From assembly GCA_904419725.1 (NCBI GenBank), contig CAJFSP010000002.1:1305-65304 (forward strand): DNA of 64,000 nucleotides, read 5' to 3'. A model generated the notes under the pieces. It saw only the letters and a program-made list of their open reading frames with translations. It was not told the origin of the DNA and did no database searches. Shown here one piece after another: positions 46,549 through 56,795 of the stretch; within the stretch, counting starts at the first letter, position 1, and each line of letters begins with the position of its first letter. The DNA is from Candidatus Heteroclostridium caecigallinarum. Its GTDB lineage: Bacteria > Bacillota > Clostridia > Christensenellales > CAG-314. The position numbers were made by a program, and so were the translations under genes.

Positions 46549-46976
46549 ATTGCCCCCATGTCTTTCAGCCGCTGTCTGACGGCTTCCGCGTCGTCGTATC
46601 TCATTTCACGCTCGGCTCTGGCGAGTTCCGCTTTGAGCGTTTCCGCCAGTCGGGCTTTTTCGCCCGCCGTTTTCGAGCGCGGAACATGTCTTGTGCCGCC
46701 CTGAATTTTCGGCAGCATACCCGCTATGGTGCTCCCGAACGCCGAATAACAGTCGGGACACCCCAAAAAGCCCGTATGCAGAAATTCGCTCAGCCTTGTG
46801 CCGCATTCGGGACACACGGCGTCTTTGACCTGCCCCTGACTTTTTCTCGAACGGTCATACAGCATTTCCTCGCGCCGCCGGGCGCAGTTTTCGCAAAGAT
46901 AAACCTGAACCGCTTTGCCGTTTTTTATCTGGGTAATAAAAGCCGTCGCCTGGGCGCCGCATACAGCGCATTTCAT
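46545..46976 (-). CDS. mcsA: McsA (zinc-finger/UVR-motif activator of McsB)
   Basis: CxxC pairs, a C-terminal UVR-like helix, and position between ctsR and mcsB. Confidence 0.8.
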   Translation of the reverse strand: MKCAVCGAQATAFITQIKNGKAVQVYLCENCARRREEMLYDRSRKSQGQVKDAVCPECGTRLSEFLHTGFLGCPDCYSAFGSTIAGMLPKIQGGTRHVPRSKTAGEKARLAETLKAELARAEREMRYDDAEAVRQRLKDMGAI

Positions 46977-47449
46977 TGCTTTTCACCTCCGCAGGGGTTT
47001 TTCATCAGATACACCAGAAAACTTTTCAAAAGCCCCGCCCTGACGCGCTCTTTGCGCTCCTTGTCAAAAGCGACGATGGCTTTGTCGCTCAAAACGGTTT
47101 TCATGATATCCCGCTCTCTTTCGCTTATGAGTTTGTCGGCGCTCAGCCTGTCAAGTATCTGGCACGCCCTGTGATAACCCACCTCGTCGCCGAGGCTGTT
47201 TGTCACGAGTTCCGACAGATAGTGTTCGTCGTCCGTCAGTTTAATGAGCGTAACGTAACCGCCGCCCCCTCGCTTGCTTTCCACCGCGTATCCCTTGTCG
47301 ACCGTGAACCGCGTCGACAGCACATAGTTTATCTGGCTGGGCGCGCAGTTGAAATATTGCGCCAGATCGTTGCGCGAAATGAGTATGGAATTTTCATCGC
47401 CGAAAAGTTCCGTCAGAAAATTTTCTATAACGTCGCTGATGTTAGCCAT
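46973..47449 (-). CDS. ctsR: Class III stress gene repressor CtsR
   Basis: SQINYVLSTRF and ESKRGGGGY. Confidence 0.92.
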   Translation of the reverse strand: MANISDVIENFLTELFGDENSILISRNDLAQYFNCAPSQINYVLSTRFTVDKGYAVESKRGGGGYVTLIKLTDDEHYLSELVTNSLGDEVGYHRACQILDRLSADKLISERERDIMKTVLSDKAIVAFDKERKERVRAGLLKSFLVYLMKNPCGGEKQ

Positions 47450-47466
47450 ATTTCACCTCGCTCGAA

Positions 47467-47483
47467 TTTGACTTTCTTTGACT
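47467..47483 (-). promoter_or_regulatory. CtsR operator 1 (downstream of the -10)
   Basis: The minus strand reads AGTCAAAGAAAGTCAAA, matching RGTCAAA-NAN-RGTCAAA. Confidence 0.85.
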
Positions 47484-47493
47484 TTCATTTATT

Positions 47494-47521
47494 ATTATAT
47501 GCCGACTTTTTGTTTTGTCAA
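47494..47521 (-). promoter_or_regulatory. Sigma-A promoter of the ctsR-mcsA-mcsB-clpC operon
   Basis: TTGACA, 16 nt spacer, TATAAT. Confidence 0.7.
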
Positions 47522-47549
47522 TAGTTTCGAGACATTTTTTCTGAAAAAT

Positions 47550-47566
47550 TTTGACTTTCTTTGACT
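47550..47566 (-). promoter_or_regulatory. CtsR operator 2 (upstream of the -35)
   Basis: Identical AGTCAAAGAAAGTCAAA repeat. Confidence 0.85.
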
Positions 47567-47602
47567 TTTTTGTTACGGGATTCCCCCTCCGCCGCCTGCA
47601 AC

Positions 47603-47630
47603 GAAAAAAATCCCCGCCTTAAAGCGGGGT
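47603..47630 (-). terminator. Second intrinsic terminator downstream of the atp operon
   Basis: CCCCGC-TTTAAG-GCGGGG followed by ATTTTTTT on the minus strand. Confidence 0.7.
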
Positions 47631-47754
47631 CAACGTGAAAACGCAGTGCCGAAACCAAAGACGGGCAAAACGCCCGTGGACGTCAGAATGCGTCCGCGCA
47701 GGCGTAAATTGCCGAAATCACACCGCCTGAATCAAAAGAATAACAATCGCCCGC

Positions 47755-47790
47755 TCAAAACAAAAAACCGCCTGAACGGCGGTTTTGTTT
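47755..47790 (-). terminator. Terminator immediately after atpC (bidirectional hairpin)
   Basis: AACCGCC-loop-GGCGGTT flanked by an A-run and a T-run. Confidence 0.7.
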
Positions 47791-48219
47791 TTATCTGTCC
47801 AGCATGGCGCTGTTTTCGTGTTCGTACTTGACGCTGAGTTTCGCCAGCGTGCGCATGAGCGAAACTTTGGCGAGATAATACGCTTTGGCTGTCTGCGCGT
47901 TTTCCATCGCCTCTCTCTGGCGGCGTTCTTTGTCCAGAAGTTCGTTTTGCTCCATCTCCGACGGCCAGAACACCGTCTGGCAGAAGATGATGACTTTTTC
48001 AGGGGTGACTTCCATAAAGCCGTTGCTGTTGGCGGCGTGATACCATTTGCCGTCCTTCTGAATTTTGAGGTCGCCCGAAACCAGCGCGGTCACGAGCGGC
48101 GCGTTGCCTTTAAGCACGCCCATCTGACCGCCGACTGTGTTGACGATGACAGATTCCACCTCACCCCGGTAAAATGTCCTTTCAGGAGTGATGATTTCCA
48201 GATTAAATAACTTTGCCAT
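47791..48219 (-). CDS. atpC: F1 ATP synthase epsilon subunit
   Basis: LEIITPERTFY...V....G.MGVL..NAPL and operon position. Confidence 0.88.
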   Translation of the reverse strand: MAKLFNLEIITPERTFYRGEVESVIVNTVGGQMGVLKGNAPLVTALVSGDLKIQKDGKWYHAANSNGFMEVTPEKVIIFCQTVFWPSEMEQNELLDKERRQREAMENAQTAKAYYLAKVSLMRTLAKLSVKYEHENSAMLDR

Positions 48220-48237
48220 AATTATCCGACACTGAAA

Positions 48238-49644
<1,407 letters not shown>

Positions 49645-50502
49645 TTAGTTTCCGCCGGTTGAGCCGGAAACGATTTCCTGCAATTCGTTTGTGATGCGCT
49701 CCTGCCTTGCCCTGTTGTATTCTATATGCAGTTTGTCGAGCATTTCGTCGGCGTTGCGCGTCGCGCTCTGCATGGCCGTCATGCGGGCTTTGTGCTCGCT
49801 GACAGAAGCGTGCAGCAAAATTGAAAACACCATGCCGACCACATACTGCGATATGAGCGCTTCAAGGACGACGTCGGGACTCGGGTCGTACATCAACGTG
49901 GAAGAAAATTTCTCCGCCTGTGAAAACTGCGTTCTGTCAAGCGGCAGCACCTCGAAACACATAGGCTCCTGGTTGCTCTTTTCGTCCATATCGGTAAAGA
50001 TGATGACGGCTTCCCTGATTTCCTCTTTGAGATAATCGTCCATAATGTCGTAAGCGATGCTTCTGGCGTCTTTCAGCGTCGGGTTGCCGATGGAAAGATA
50101 TTCGGCTTCCACTTCCATTTTGTTGCGCTTGAAAAACTCCGCCGCCGTCTTGCCGAAAGTGATAATCTTTCTGTCAGGGTTTTTGCTTATTATGTCATAC
50201 GCCATGTTCAGGACGTTGTGGTTGTAACCGCCGGCAAGCCCCTTGTCGCTGGATATGACGATATAAGCGGTTTTGCCTTCGGGGCGGAGTTCGAAATAAT
50301 CTTCCCCGCACTCCACGCAGTCGGCGTTGGCAAGCAGATTGCTTATCGACTTTATTAAACTTTTGAAATAAAGCAGGTTTTGGTCGTATCTCTCCTGCGC
50401 GCGCTTTACTTTCGAAACGGAAATAAGTTCCATCGCCTTGGTAATCTGGCGCGTGTCGTTGATACTTTTAATCCTTGCTTTGATATCGGTTATGTTTGCC
50501 AT
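49645..50502 (-). CDS. atpG: F1 ATP synthase gamma subunit
   Basis: N-terminal IKSINDTRQITKAMELIS and C-terminal ITNELQEIVSG. Confidence 0.9.
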   Translation of the reverse strand: MANITDIKARIKSINDTRQITKAMELISVSKVKRAQERYDQNLLYFKSLIKSISNLLANADCVECGEDYFELRPEGKTAYIVISSDKGLAGGYNHNVLNMAYDIISKNPDRKIITFGKTAAEFFKRNKMEVEAEYLSIGNPTLKDARSIAYDIMDDYLKEEIREAVIIFTDMDEKSNQEPMCFEVLPLDRTQFSQAEKFSSTLMYDPSPDVVLEALISQYVVGMVFSILLHASVSEHKARMTAMQSATRNADEMLDKLHIEYNRARQERITNELQEIVSGSTGGN

Positions 50503-50509
50503 CTTTCAA

Positions 50510-52027
50510 TCAGATTTTTTCCGAAAAACTCTTTATAAAAGACGATGTTCTGTCACTCAGCCACTTTTTGCTTTCGTCGGAAAGCACTTTGCTTTCGTCT
50601 ATCTGCGCCAGCAGCGAAGGATTTTCGTCTTTGACGCATCTGATAAATTCGTCAAAATAACGATGGACGTGTTTTTTGTCAATCGCCACAAATTCAGGCA
50701 GTTCCACCACATAGAGCATAACTACCTGTTCCGCCACCGGAATCGGCTGATACTGAGGCTGCTTGAGCAGTTCCGTCAGCTTTTCGCCCTGCAGCAGCGT
50801 GGCTTTTGTCACGGCGTCGAGGTCGGAGCCGAACTGCGTGAACACCGCCAGTTCGCGGTACTGCGCCAGTTGCAGACGGAGAGTGCCCGCCACGGAGCGC
50901 ATCGCCTTTATCTGCGCCGAGCCGCCCACACGGGAAACCGACAGACCCACGTTTACGGCAGGTCTCGTGCCGGCGTTGAACAATTCGGTTTCGAGATAAA
51001 TCTGACCGTCGGTTATGGAAATGACGTTTGTCGGTATATACGCCGAAATGTCGCCCGCCTGGGTTTCGACGATAGGCAGCGCGGTTATTGAGCCGCCGCC
51101 CAGCGATTCGCCGAGTTTGACCGACCTTTCGAGCAGTCTGGAATGCAGATAGAATATGTCGCCCGGATACGCCTCGCGGCCGGCCGGACGTTTGAGCAGC
51201 AGCGACAGGGTACGGTAAGCCACGGCGTGTTTTGACAAATCGTCGTACACAATCAGTACGTCCTGCCCCCTGTACATAAACTCTTCCGCCATGGCGCAGC
51301 CCGAATAAGGCGCTATGTATTGCAGCGGAGCCGAGTCGTTGGCGGTGGCGCTGACGATGATTGTGTAATCCAGCGCGCCGAAGGCTTCCAGTTTGCCCGC
51401 TATGTCGTTGACGGTACTGGATTTCTGACCGACGGCGACATAAACGCACACCACGCCCTTGCCCTTTTGGTTGATGATTGTATCGACGGCTATGGCGGTT
51501 TTGCCCGTCTGTCTGTCGCCGATAATAAGTTCCCTCTGGCCGCGGCCGATAGGAATCATGCTGTCAATGGAGATAAGACCCGTCTGCAACGGCTGCGACA
51601 CCGGCGCCCTGTCCATAATGGAAGCGGAAGCCACTTCGATTTCGCGGGTTTTAGCGGCTTTGATTTCGCCTTTTCCGTCCAAAGGACGCCCCAGCGGGTC
51701 GACTATTCTGCCCAAAAGGCTTTCGCCCACAGGCACGCTCATCAGTCTGCCCGTCGTTTTGACGCGCATCCCCTGTGAAATTGAGCCGTCGTCGTCCAGC
51801 ACGACCGCGCCAACTTCATTTTCTTCGAGGTTGAGCGCGATTGCCGAAGCGCCGTTTTCTATGGACAGCACTTCGAAATATTTTGCCTTGCCGAGACCGC
51901 TGACTTTTATGATGCCGTCGCCCGAGTATATAACCTCGCCCACGTCGGCGATTTCATTTGTAAGTTTAGCCTCTTCGACCTGCTTTTTAAGAAGGCCGGC
52001 TATGTTTTTGATGTCTAATTGCGCCAT
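50510..52027 (-). CDS. atpA: F1 ATP synthase alpha subunit
   Basis: P-loop GDRQTGKT and overall conservation. Confidence 0.95.
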   Translation of the reverse strand: MAQLDIKNIAGLLKKQVEEAKLTNEIADVGEVIYSGDGIIKVSGLGKAKYFEVLSIENGASAIALNLEENEVGAVVLDDDGSISQGMRVKTTGRLMSVPVGESLLGRIVDPLGRPLDGKGEIKAAKTREIEVASASIMDRAPVSQPLQTGLISIDSMIPIGRGQRELIIGDRQTGKTAIAVDTIINQKGKGVVCVYVAVGQKSSTVNDIAGKLEAFGALDYTIIVSATANDSAPLQYIAPYSGCAMAEEFMYRGQDVLIVYDDLSKHAVAYRTLSLLLKRPAGREAYPGDIFYLHSRLLERSVKLGESLGGGSITALPIVETQAGDISAYIPTNVISITDGQIYLETELFNAGTRPAVNVGLSVSRVGGSAQIKAMRSVAGTLRLQLAQYRELAVFTQFGSDLDAVTKATLLQGEKLTELLKQPQYQPIPVAEQVVMLYVVELPEFVAIDKKHVHRYFDEFIRCVKDENPSLLAQIDESKVLSDESKKWLSDRTSSFIKSFSEKI

Positions 52028-52035
52028 AAAAAACC

Positions 52036-52251
52036 TTATTTCAAAGATTGTTTGAGTTGTTCGAGTTTGCCCGCCAGCGAACCGTCGTAAACGACGCTGC
52101 CGTCTATGACTTTGATGCCGCCGAGAAGCGAAGAATCCACTTCATAGGCAAATCCGGCTTCTTCTCCCAACTTTTTCTTAAACAAATTTTCGATTTTCTG
52201 CCTGCTTTCGTCGGAAAGCGGCTTGCTTGACAAAACGCGAAGAGTTTTCAT
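52036..52251 (-). CDS. atpH: Truncated-type F1 ATP synthase delta (OSCP) subunit, 71 aa, C-terminal domain only
   Basis: [34 protein letters not shown] matches the delta C-terminus. It sits between atpF and atpA with a TGATG overlap with atpF. Confidence 0.7.
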   Translation of the reverse strand: MKTLRVLSSKPLSDESRQKIENLFKKKLGEEAGFAYEVDSSLLGGIKVIDGSVVYDGSLAGKLEQLKQSLK

Positions 52252-52736
52252 CAGTTATTATCCCAACCTTTCAAGCATTCGTCGATAACCTTCTTGTTGT
52301 CGGCGGCGGAAACTTCCCTTTCCAGCACTTTCGACGCGATGTCGATGGCAAGACTGCCGACTTCCTCTTTGACTTCGGCCTGAAGTTTTGCCTTCTGGTT
52401 TTCGATTTCTTTTTTGGAGCGCTCTATCATGTCGTCCGACTTTTTCTTGGCTTCGGCAAGAATCTCCTTGCTCCTGGCTTCGGCTTCTTTTGTAGCCTCG
52501 AAACTGATGGTTTCAGCCTTTTTGCGGGCTTCTTCCACGATTTTGTCGGAATTTTCTTTGATTTCTTTGACTTCCGCGCTGAGCCGCTCGTTTTCTTTTA
52601 CCGTCTGTTCAACCGTCTCTTTGCGTTTGTTGATAAACTTGACGACCGGATTGTACATCAGGTATTTCATGAAGAACACCAATATCAACAGCAGCAGAAT
52701 GTGCTGAATAATATCGAATAAGTTTAATCCCAGCAT
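52251..52736 (-). CDS. atpF: F0 ATP synthase b subunit, 161 aa
   Basis: A single N-terminal TM helix followed by a long charged helix. Confidence 0.85.
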   Translation of the reverse strand: MLGLNLFDIIQHILLLLILVFFMKYLMYNPVVKFINKRKETVEQTVKENERLSAEVKEIKENSDKIVEEARKKAETISFEATKEAEARSKEILAEAKKKSDDMIERSKKEIENQKAKLQAEVKEEVGSLAIDIASKVLEREVSAADNKKVIDECLKGWDNN

Positions 52737-52779
52737 TGTAAAAACCTCTTTTCAAAAAATAACGGTTTGTCTTGGTTGA

Positions 52780-53040
52780 TTACACGACAAACAAGAGCAA
52801 TATGCTGATGAACAAACCGTAAATAACCGTCGTTTCGATAAACGCCAGACCTATCATAAGCGTCGAACGGATTTTGCCTTCCGCCTCAGGCTGTCTGGCG
52901 ATGCCTTCCACGCTCTTGCCGACCGCGATACCCATACCGAGACCGGCGCCGATACCTGCCAGCAGCGGGATAGCCGCCGCGATTGCGGTCATACCATCGA
53001 TAAGCAGCAATTGGTTGATTGCCATCAAAACTACTTCCAT
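52780..53040 (-). CDS. atpE: F0 ATP synthase c subunit
   Basis: Hairpin with an RQPE loop and the carboxylate in [10 protein letters not shown]. Confidence 0.9.
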   Translation of the reverse strand: MEVVLMAINQLLLIDGMTAIAAAIPLLAGIGAGLGMGIAVGKSVEGIARQPEAEGKIRSTLMIGLAFIETTVIYGLFISILLLFVV

Positions 53041-53120
53041 TTTTTCCCTCCGAAAAGTAAAAAGTGATGTTTTCTTTGTTTTTTATTTTTGCCTCGGACG
53101 TAGCGCCCGTCGGCTAAAGA

Positions 53121-53987
53121 CTATTCAATCGCTTCCGCCACGAAAGACAGCGACAGCACGCCGAACACGTACGACTGAATCAGCGCGTGGAACAGCGTAA
53201 ACAGTATGTAACAGAAGGACGGCAGCACAGGCGTAAGCGGAGCCAAAACGTGCGTGATCAGCGACATCATAAGGAAACCGCTGAGAATACTGCCGTACAT
53301 ACGGAAAGTCATCGATACCGGCACCGCCACGTCGGTGATGACCGTGATGCCTATCTTATACTTGCCGAGATATCTCGCCTTTTTCTTCTTTACGCCGTAC
53401 AGGTGTATCGTCACGAAAGTCATGAGCGCCAGCGCGATACACACGTTGATGTCGGTGTTCGGCGGGCGTATGCCCAGCGTTTCGGTGAGCGTGCCTATAC
53501 AGATGAACGCCGCCGTCGCGAAAGCGTAAGGCCCCAGCGTAGGCGCGTAGCCGTGCACGTTTTCCTTAGCCATGTTGTCGAAGCAGGTGACTATCCACTC
53601 GATAAACGCCTGGAAACCGGTCGGCACCGTTTTGAATCTAGGGAAGATTACAAAACGGAAAATCAAGGCGAAAATAATGAGCGCGCCAACGGTGATATAA
53701 GCGCTTATCGCCGTTTCGGTAATGGCGATACCGCCGATTGTGAATACCGTGGCGGGGAAGACCTCTTCACCGACGACTTCACCGATTGACGGATATGTAG
53801 CCCCGGCGTTGATAACAAACCTGTCCAAAGCCCACACTAGAACAGAAAGCGCCATGCAGAGCAGCATGAGATAAAGACTTATCTTTTTGCCCTTCGGCAC
53901 AGGCTTCTTTTCTTTTTTGGACTTTTTAGGGACGTCCGGCTGCTGATTTTTCAGTTCTGCCGGATTTTGCATTACGTTTTCTTGCAT
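53121..53987 (-). CDS. atpB: F0 ATP synthase a subunit, 288 aa, with a Lys-rich N-terminal extension
   Basis: Essential Arg region MTFRMYGSILSG and a polytopic membrane protein. The first ~35 aa are hydrophilic. Confidence 0.85.
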   Translation of the reverse strand: MQENVMQNPAELKNQQPDVPKKSKKEKKPVPKGKKISLYLMLLCMALSVLVWALDRFVINAGATYPSIGEVVGEEVFPATVFTIGGIAITETAISAYITVGALIIFALIFRFVIFPRFKTVPTGFQAFIEWIVTCFDNMAKENVHGYAPTLGPYAFATAAFICIGTLTETLGIRPPNTDINVCIALALMTFVTIHLYGVKKKKARYLGKYKIGITVITDVAVPVSMTFRMYGSILSGFLMMSLITHVLAPLTPVLPSFCYILFTLFHALIQSYVFGVLSLSFVAEAIE

Positions 53988-54050
53988 AACAAACCCCTAT
54001 CCTAAAAATTTTACGATACAAGTTTCGACTCCGCGCAAAAAAGACAGGAT

Positions 54051-54446
54051 TTACCTTGCCCTGGTATATCCCGTCATGTCGGCGACAGCCACAAGACGTC
54101 CTTCTTCGTCGGTGACGTCCACACGGTAAAAACAAACTTTTTTGGACTCACCCACACGGACGGCTTTCGCCCTGATATATCTGCCCGTAGTCTTTTGGAG
54201 GTATTGCACGGAACTCGACAGCGTGACGGTGAAAAATTCCCCGCTGTTGGCGGCAACCGCGAACGCCGAATCGGCGAGTGTATAAATAACCCCGCCCTGG
54301 ACGATACCGTCGGCGTTGAAGTGGTTTTCGTCGAGATTGACGCCGCAGACGGCGTATCCGTCGCCGACTTCCTCGATGTTTACCCCCACCAGTTTCTGAA
54401 ATCTGTCGTCTTTGAAAAATTCTTGCGCTGCCAGTAAGTTCTTCAA
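54051..54446 (-). CDS. PaaI-family hotdog-fold thioesterase, 131 aa
   Basis: VQGGVIYTLADSAF. The proposed start is the TTG at 54446, 7 nt after AGAGG. The upstream part of the track ORF (to 54497) contains a TTGACG-17-TATAAT promoter. Confidence 0.65.
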   Translation of the reverse strand: MKNLLAAQEFFKDDRFQKLVGVNIEEVGDGYAVCGVNLDENHFNADGIVQGGVIYTLADSAFAVAANSGEFFTVTLSSSVQYLQKTTGRYIRAKAVRVGESKKVCFYRVDVTDEEGRLVAVADMTGYTRAR

Positions 54447-54468
54447 ATACACACCTCTTATTTCTAAC

Positions 54469-54497
54469 ATTATAATCACATCATCGCAAGCCGTCAA
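54469..54497 (-). promoter_or_regulatory. Promoter of the thioesterase gene
   Basis: TTGACG, 17 nt spacer, TATAAT. Confidence 0.55.
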
Positions 54498-54517
54498 GGC
54501 AACGGCGAAAATAAAAA

Positions 54518-54550
54518 CAAAAAAAGACGCCGTAAAAGGCGTCTTTTTTA
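54518..54550. terminator. Bidirectional terminator after the EF-G paralog
   Basis: AGACGCC-GTAAAA-GGCGTCT flanked by an A-run and a T-run. Confidence 0.75.
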
Positions 54551-54555
54551 TATCG

Positions 54556-56637
54556 TCAGTCTTTATTTTCCCATTTTTTGGCGTCTTCGATTATCTTGGG
54601 AATCTGTTGCGGAGGCACTTCCTCGTATCTCACGAATTCAAGTTCGTAGCTGCCCCTGCCCTGAGTCATGCTTCTGAGGTCGGTGGCGTACTTCATGATT
54701 TCGCTGAGCGGCGCTTCCGCGCTTATAATCTGTCTGCCGTCCACGTTTTCAACGCCAAGTATTCTGCCGCGGCGCTTGTTCATATCGCCCAGAATGTCGC
54801 CCATAAAGGCGTCCGGCACGCTTATTTTCAAGGCGTAAATAGGTTCGAGAATAGTCGGGTTGGCTTTCGAGCAGCCGTCCTTGTACGCCAGCGAAGCGGC
54901 GATTTTAAAGGCTATTTCCTTGGAGTCGACTTCGTGATAACTGCCGTCGTACAGTTCCGCCCTGATGTTTACGGCAGGATATCCCGCCAGCACGCCGTGC
55001 TGCATGGCTTCCACAAGACCCTTTTCCACGGCAGGTATAAACTGTCTCGGCACGGCGCCGCCCACGACGCTGTCCACAAACAGAAAGTCTCCTTCCGGAT
55101 ACGGGCTGAATTTGATTTTGCAGTGACCATACTGCCCGGCGCCGCCCGATTGTTTTTTATGCTTGCCTTCGGCGTCCACCGCTTTTTTGATGGTTTCCCT
55201 GTACGCTATGCGCGGCTCTTTGAGCACGGCTTCCACACCGAATTTGTTTTTGAGTTTTTTGCAGATGAGTTCAAGCTGGGTTTCGCCCACGCCGTTGACA
55301 AGCATTTCGCCCGTTTCGGCGTTTTTGGTCACGGTGAAAGACACGTCCTCGTCCTGCAGGCGGTACAGCCCGCTGAAAACCTTGTCCTCGTCGCCCTTTT
55401 TGGCGGCGTACACCGCCATGGTGAGCACCGGTTTAGGCAGTTCAACCTGAGGCACGGTGACAAGCCGCGAAGCGTCGCACAGCGTGTCGCCCGTGGAAGT
55501 GTTCTGCAATTTCGCTATGGCGCCTATGTCGCCCGCGCAGGCGGAATCGACGGCGTCCTGTTTTTTGCCTTTGACGAAATACAGCGCGCTGATTTTTTCG
55601 TCGGAATCTTTATTTACGTTTCTGAGCGTCATGCCCGTTTTTACGCAGCCGGCCAGCACTTTGAAAAGCGACAGCCTTCCGACAAACGGGTCGGCTATGG
55701 TCTTGAAAATTTTGACGGCGGCGGGAGCCTTTTCGTCGCAGGCGATTTCCACCGCGTCGCCGTTTTTGTCGAAAGCGACGGCGGGTTTCGCGTCTGCCGG
55801 GCTAGGCAGCAGGCTGACCATTTCGTTCATCAGGTTGTAAACGCCCTTGTTGCACACGGCCGAACCCGCGATTACAGGGATACAGCTGCCCTGCAAAACG
55901 CCCTTTTTGACGCCGTATATTATTTCTTCTGTGGTGAAAGTTTCGCCGGCGAAGTATTTTTCCATCATTTCCTCGTCGCTTTCCGCCGCCGACTCCACAA
56001 GTTTCAGTTTGAGTTCGTCGTATTCGTCTTTATATTCGTCGGGAATCGGCACCTGAGTGGTGGTGTCGCCGAACATAAACGCCTTGCCGTTAAGCACGTT
56101 GACATAACCTATCATTTTTTCGTTCTGCATGATAGGTATCTGCATAGGCGCGATTTTCGTGGTATATTTTTCTTTGAGGGCATGCATGGTGCCGATATAA
56201 TCGGCGTTTTCCTTATCCGTGCCGTTAAGAAACAAAATAGCGGGAATGTTGTTTTTGATGCAGTAGTCCAGCGCTTTTTCGGTGCCCACCGAAACCGAGC
56301 CGCCCAGCCCCGACACAACGACGGCGCCGTCCGCCGCGCTGAGAGCAAGTCTCATTTCGCCTTCGAAATCGAAAAATCCCGGCGTGTCGAGAATGTTGAA
56401 TTTCGCGGAGCCGAATTCACACTCGTAATAGCAGTTGGCGAGCGCCATGCTGATGGAAATTTTTTTGGCGATTTCTTCCGAGTCGAAATCCATCACGGTG
56501 TTGCCGTCCTGAGTGGTCCCCTGTCTGTCAATCGCCTTGGCGTTGAAAAGTATGGCTTCCGCCAAAGTGGTTTTACCTTCGCCTCCGTGACCTATGAGGG
56601 CCACGTTTCTGATGTTTTTTGCTGAAAAATCCGCCAT
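54556..56637 (-). CDS. Elongation factor G paralog (EF-G2-like translational GTPase), 693 aa
   Basis: G1 GHGGEGKT, G3 DTPGFFDF, and the full five-domain length. It is not in an rpsL-rpsG-fusA-tuf context. Confidence 0.8.
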   Translation of the reverse strand: MADFSAKNIRNVALIGHGGEGKTTLAEAILFNAKAIDRQGTTQDGNTVMDFDSEEIAKKISISMALANCYYECEFGSAKFNILDTPGFFDFEGEMRLALSAADGAVVVSGLGGSVSVGTEKALDYCIKNNIPAILFLNGTDKENADYIGTMHALKEKYTTKIAPMQIPIMQNEKMIGYVNVLNGKAFMFGDTTTQVPIPDEYKDEYDELKLKLVESAAESDEEMMEKYFAGETFTTEEIIYGVKKGVLQGSCIPVIAGSAVCNKGVYNLMNEMVSLLPSPADAKPAVAFDKNGDAVEIACDEKAPAAVKIFKTIADPFVGRLSLFKVLAGCVKTGMTLRNVNKDSDEKISALYFVKGKKQDAVDSACAGDIGAIAKLQNTSTGDTLCDASRLVTVPQVELPKPVLTMAVYAAKKGDEDKVFSGLYRLQDEDVSFTVTKNAETGEMLVNGVGETQLELICKKLKNKFGVEAVLKEPRIAYRETIKKAVDAEGKHKKQSGGAGQYGHCKIKFSPYPEGDFLFVDSVVGGAVPRQFIPAVEKGLVEAMQHGVLAGYPAVNIRAELYDGSYHEVDSKEIAFKIAASLAYKDGCSKANPTILEPIYALKISVPDAFMGDILGDMNKRRGRILGVENVDGRQIISAEAPLSEIMKYATDLRSMTQGRGSYELEFVRYEEVPPQQIPKIIEDAKKWENKD

Positions 56638-56740
56638 ATACGCACCTCGTGTATTGATTTTTAGACTGCCGCGCTTGTATATTAAACGCTGTTGACGCGC
56701 TTATCTTTCTTACTACGGAGCAACGCCGCCTAACGGATTT

Positions 56741-56769
56741 ACTATAACACAATCACGGCGTCATTTCAA
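56741..56769 (-). promoter_or_regulatory. Promoter of the EF-G paralog
   Basis: TTGAAA, 17 nt spacer, TATAGT, giving a leader of roughly 100 nt. Confidence 0.5.
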
Positions 56770-56795
56770 TACCAATTTGGAAATTTTTTACCGTC

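Noticed and set aside
42334-47790. Recurrent AAAAAACCGCC...GGCGGTTTTGTTTT hairpins (42334, 47755, and similar ones at 27099, 29472 and 19477) as a REP/MITE-like repeat family.
   Set aside because: Similarity is limited to short GC stems with A/T runs at gene ends and the loops differ. They are best read as independent intrinsic, often bidirectional, terminators.
47646-47831. A 61-aa Arg/Lys/Pro-rich ORF in the atpC-ctsR spacer.
   Set aside because: It runs through hairpins and terminators into atpC antisense and has no SD. The region is better explained as structured non-coding RNA or terminators.
52780-53040. A possible Na+-binding signature in the c subunit (ETTxxY in helix 2).
   Set aside because: The helix-1 ligand position, which aligns with Gln32 of the Ilyobacter c subunit, is Met here ([10 protein letters not shown]). 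The helix-2 motif also resembles H+-type c subunits such as AFMEALTIYG. This is not sufficient to call a Na+ enzyme.
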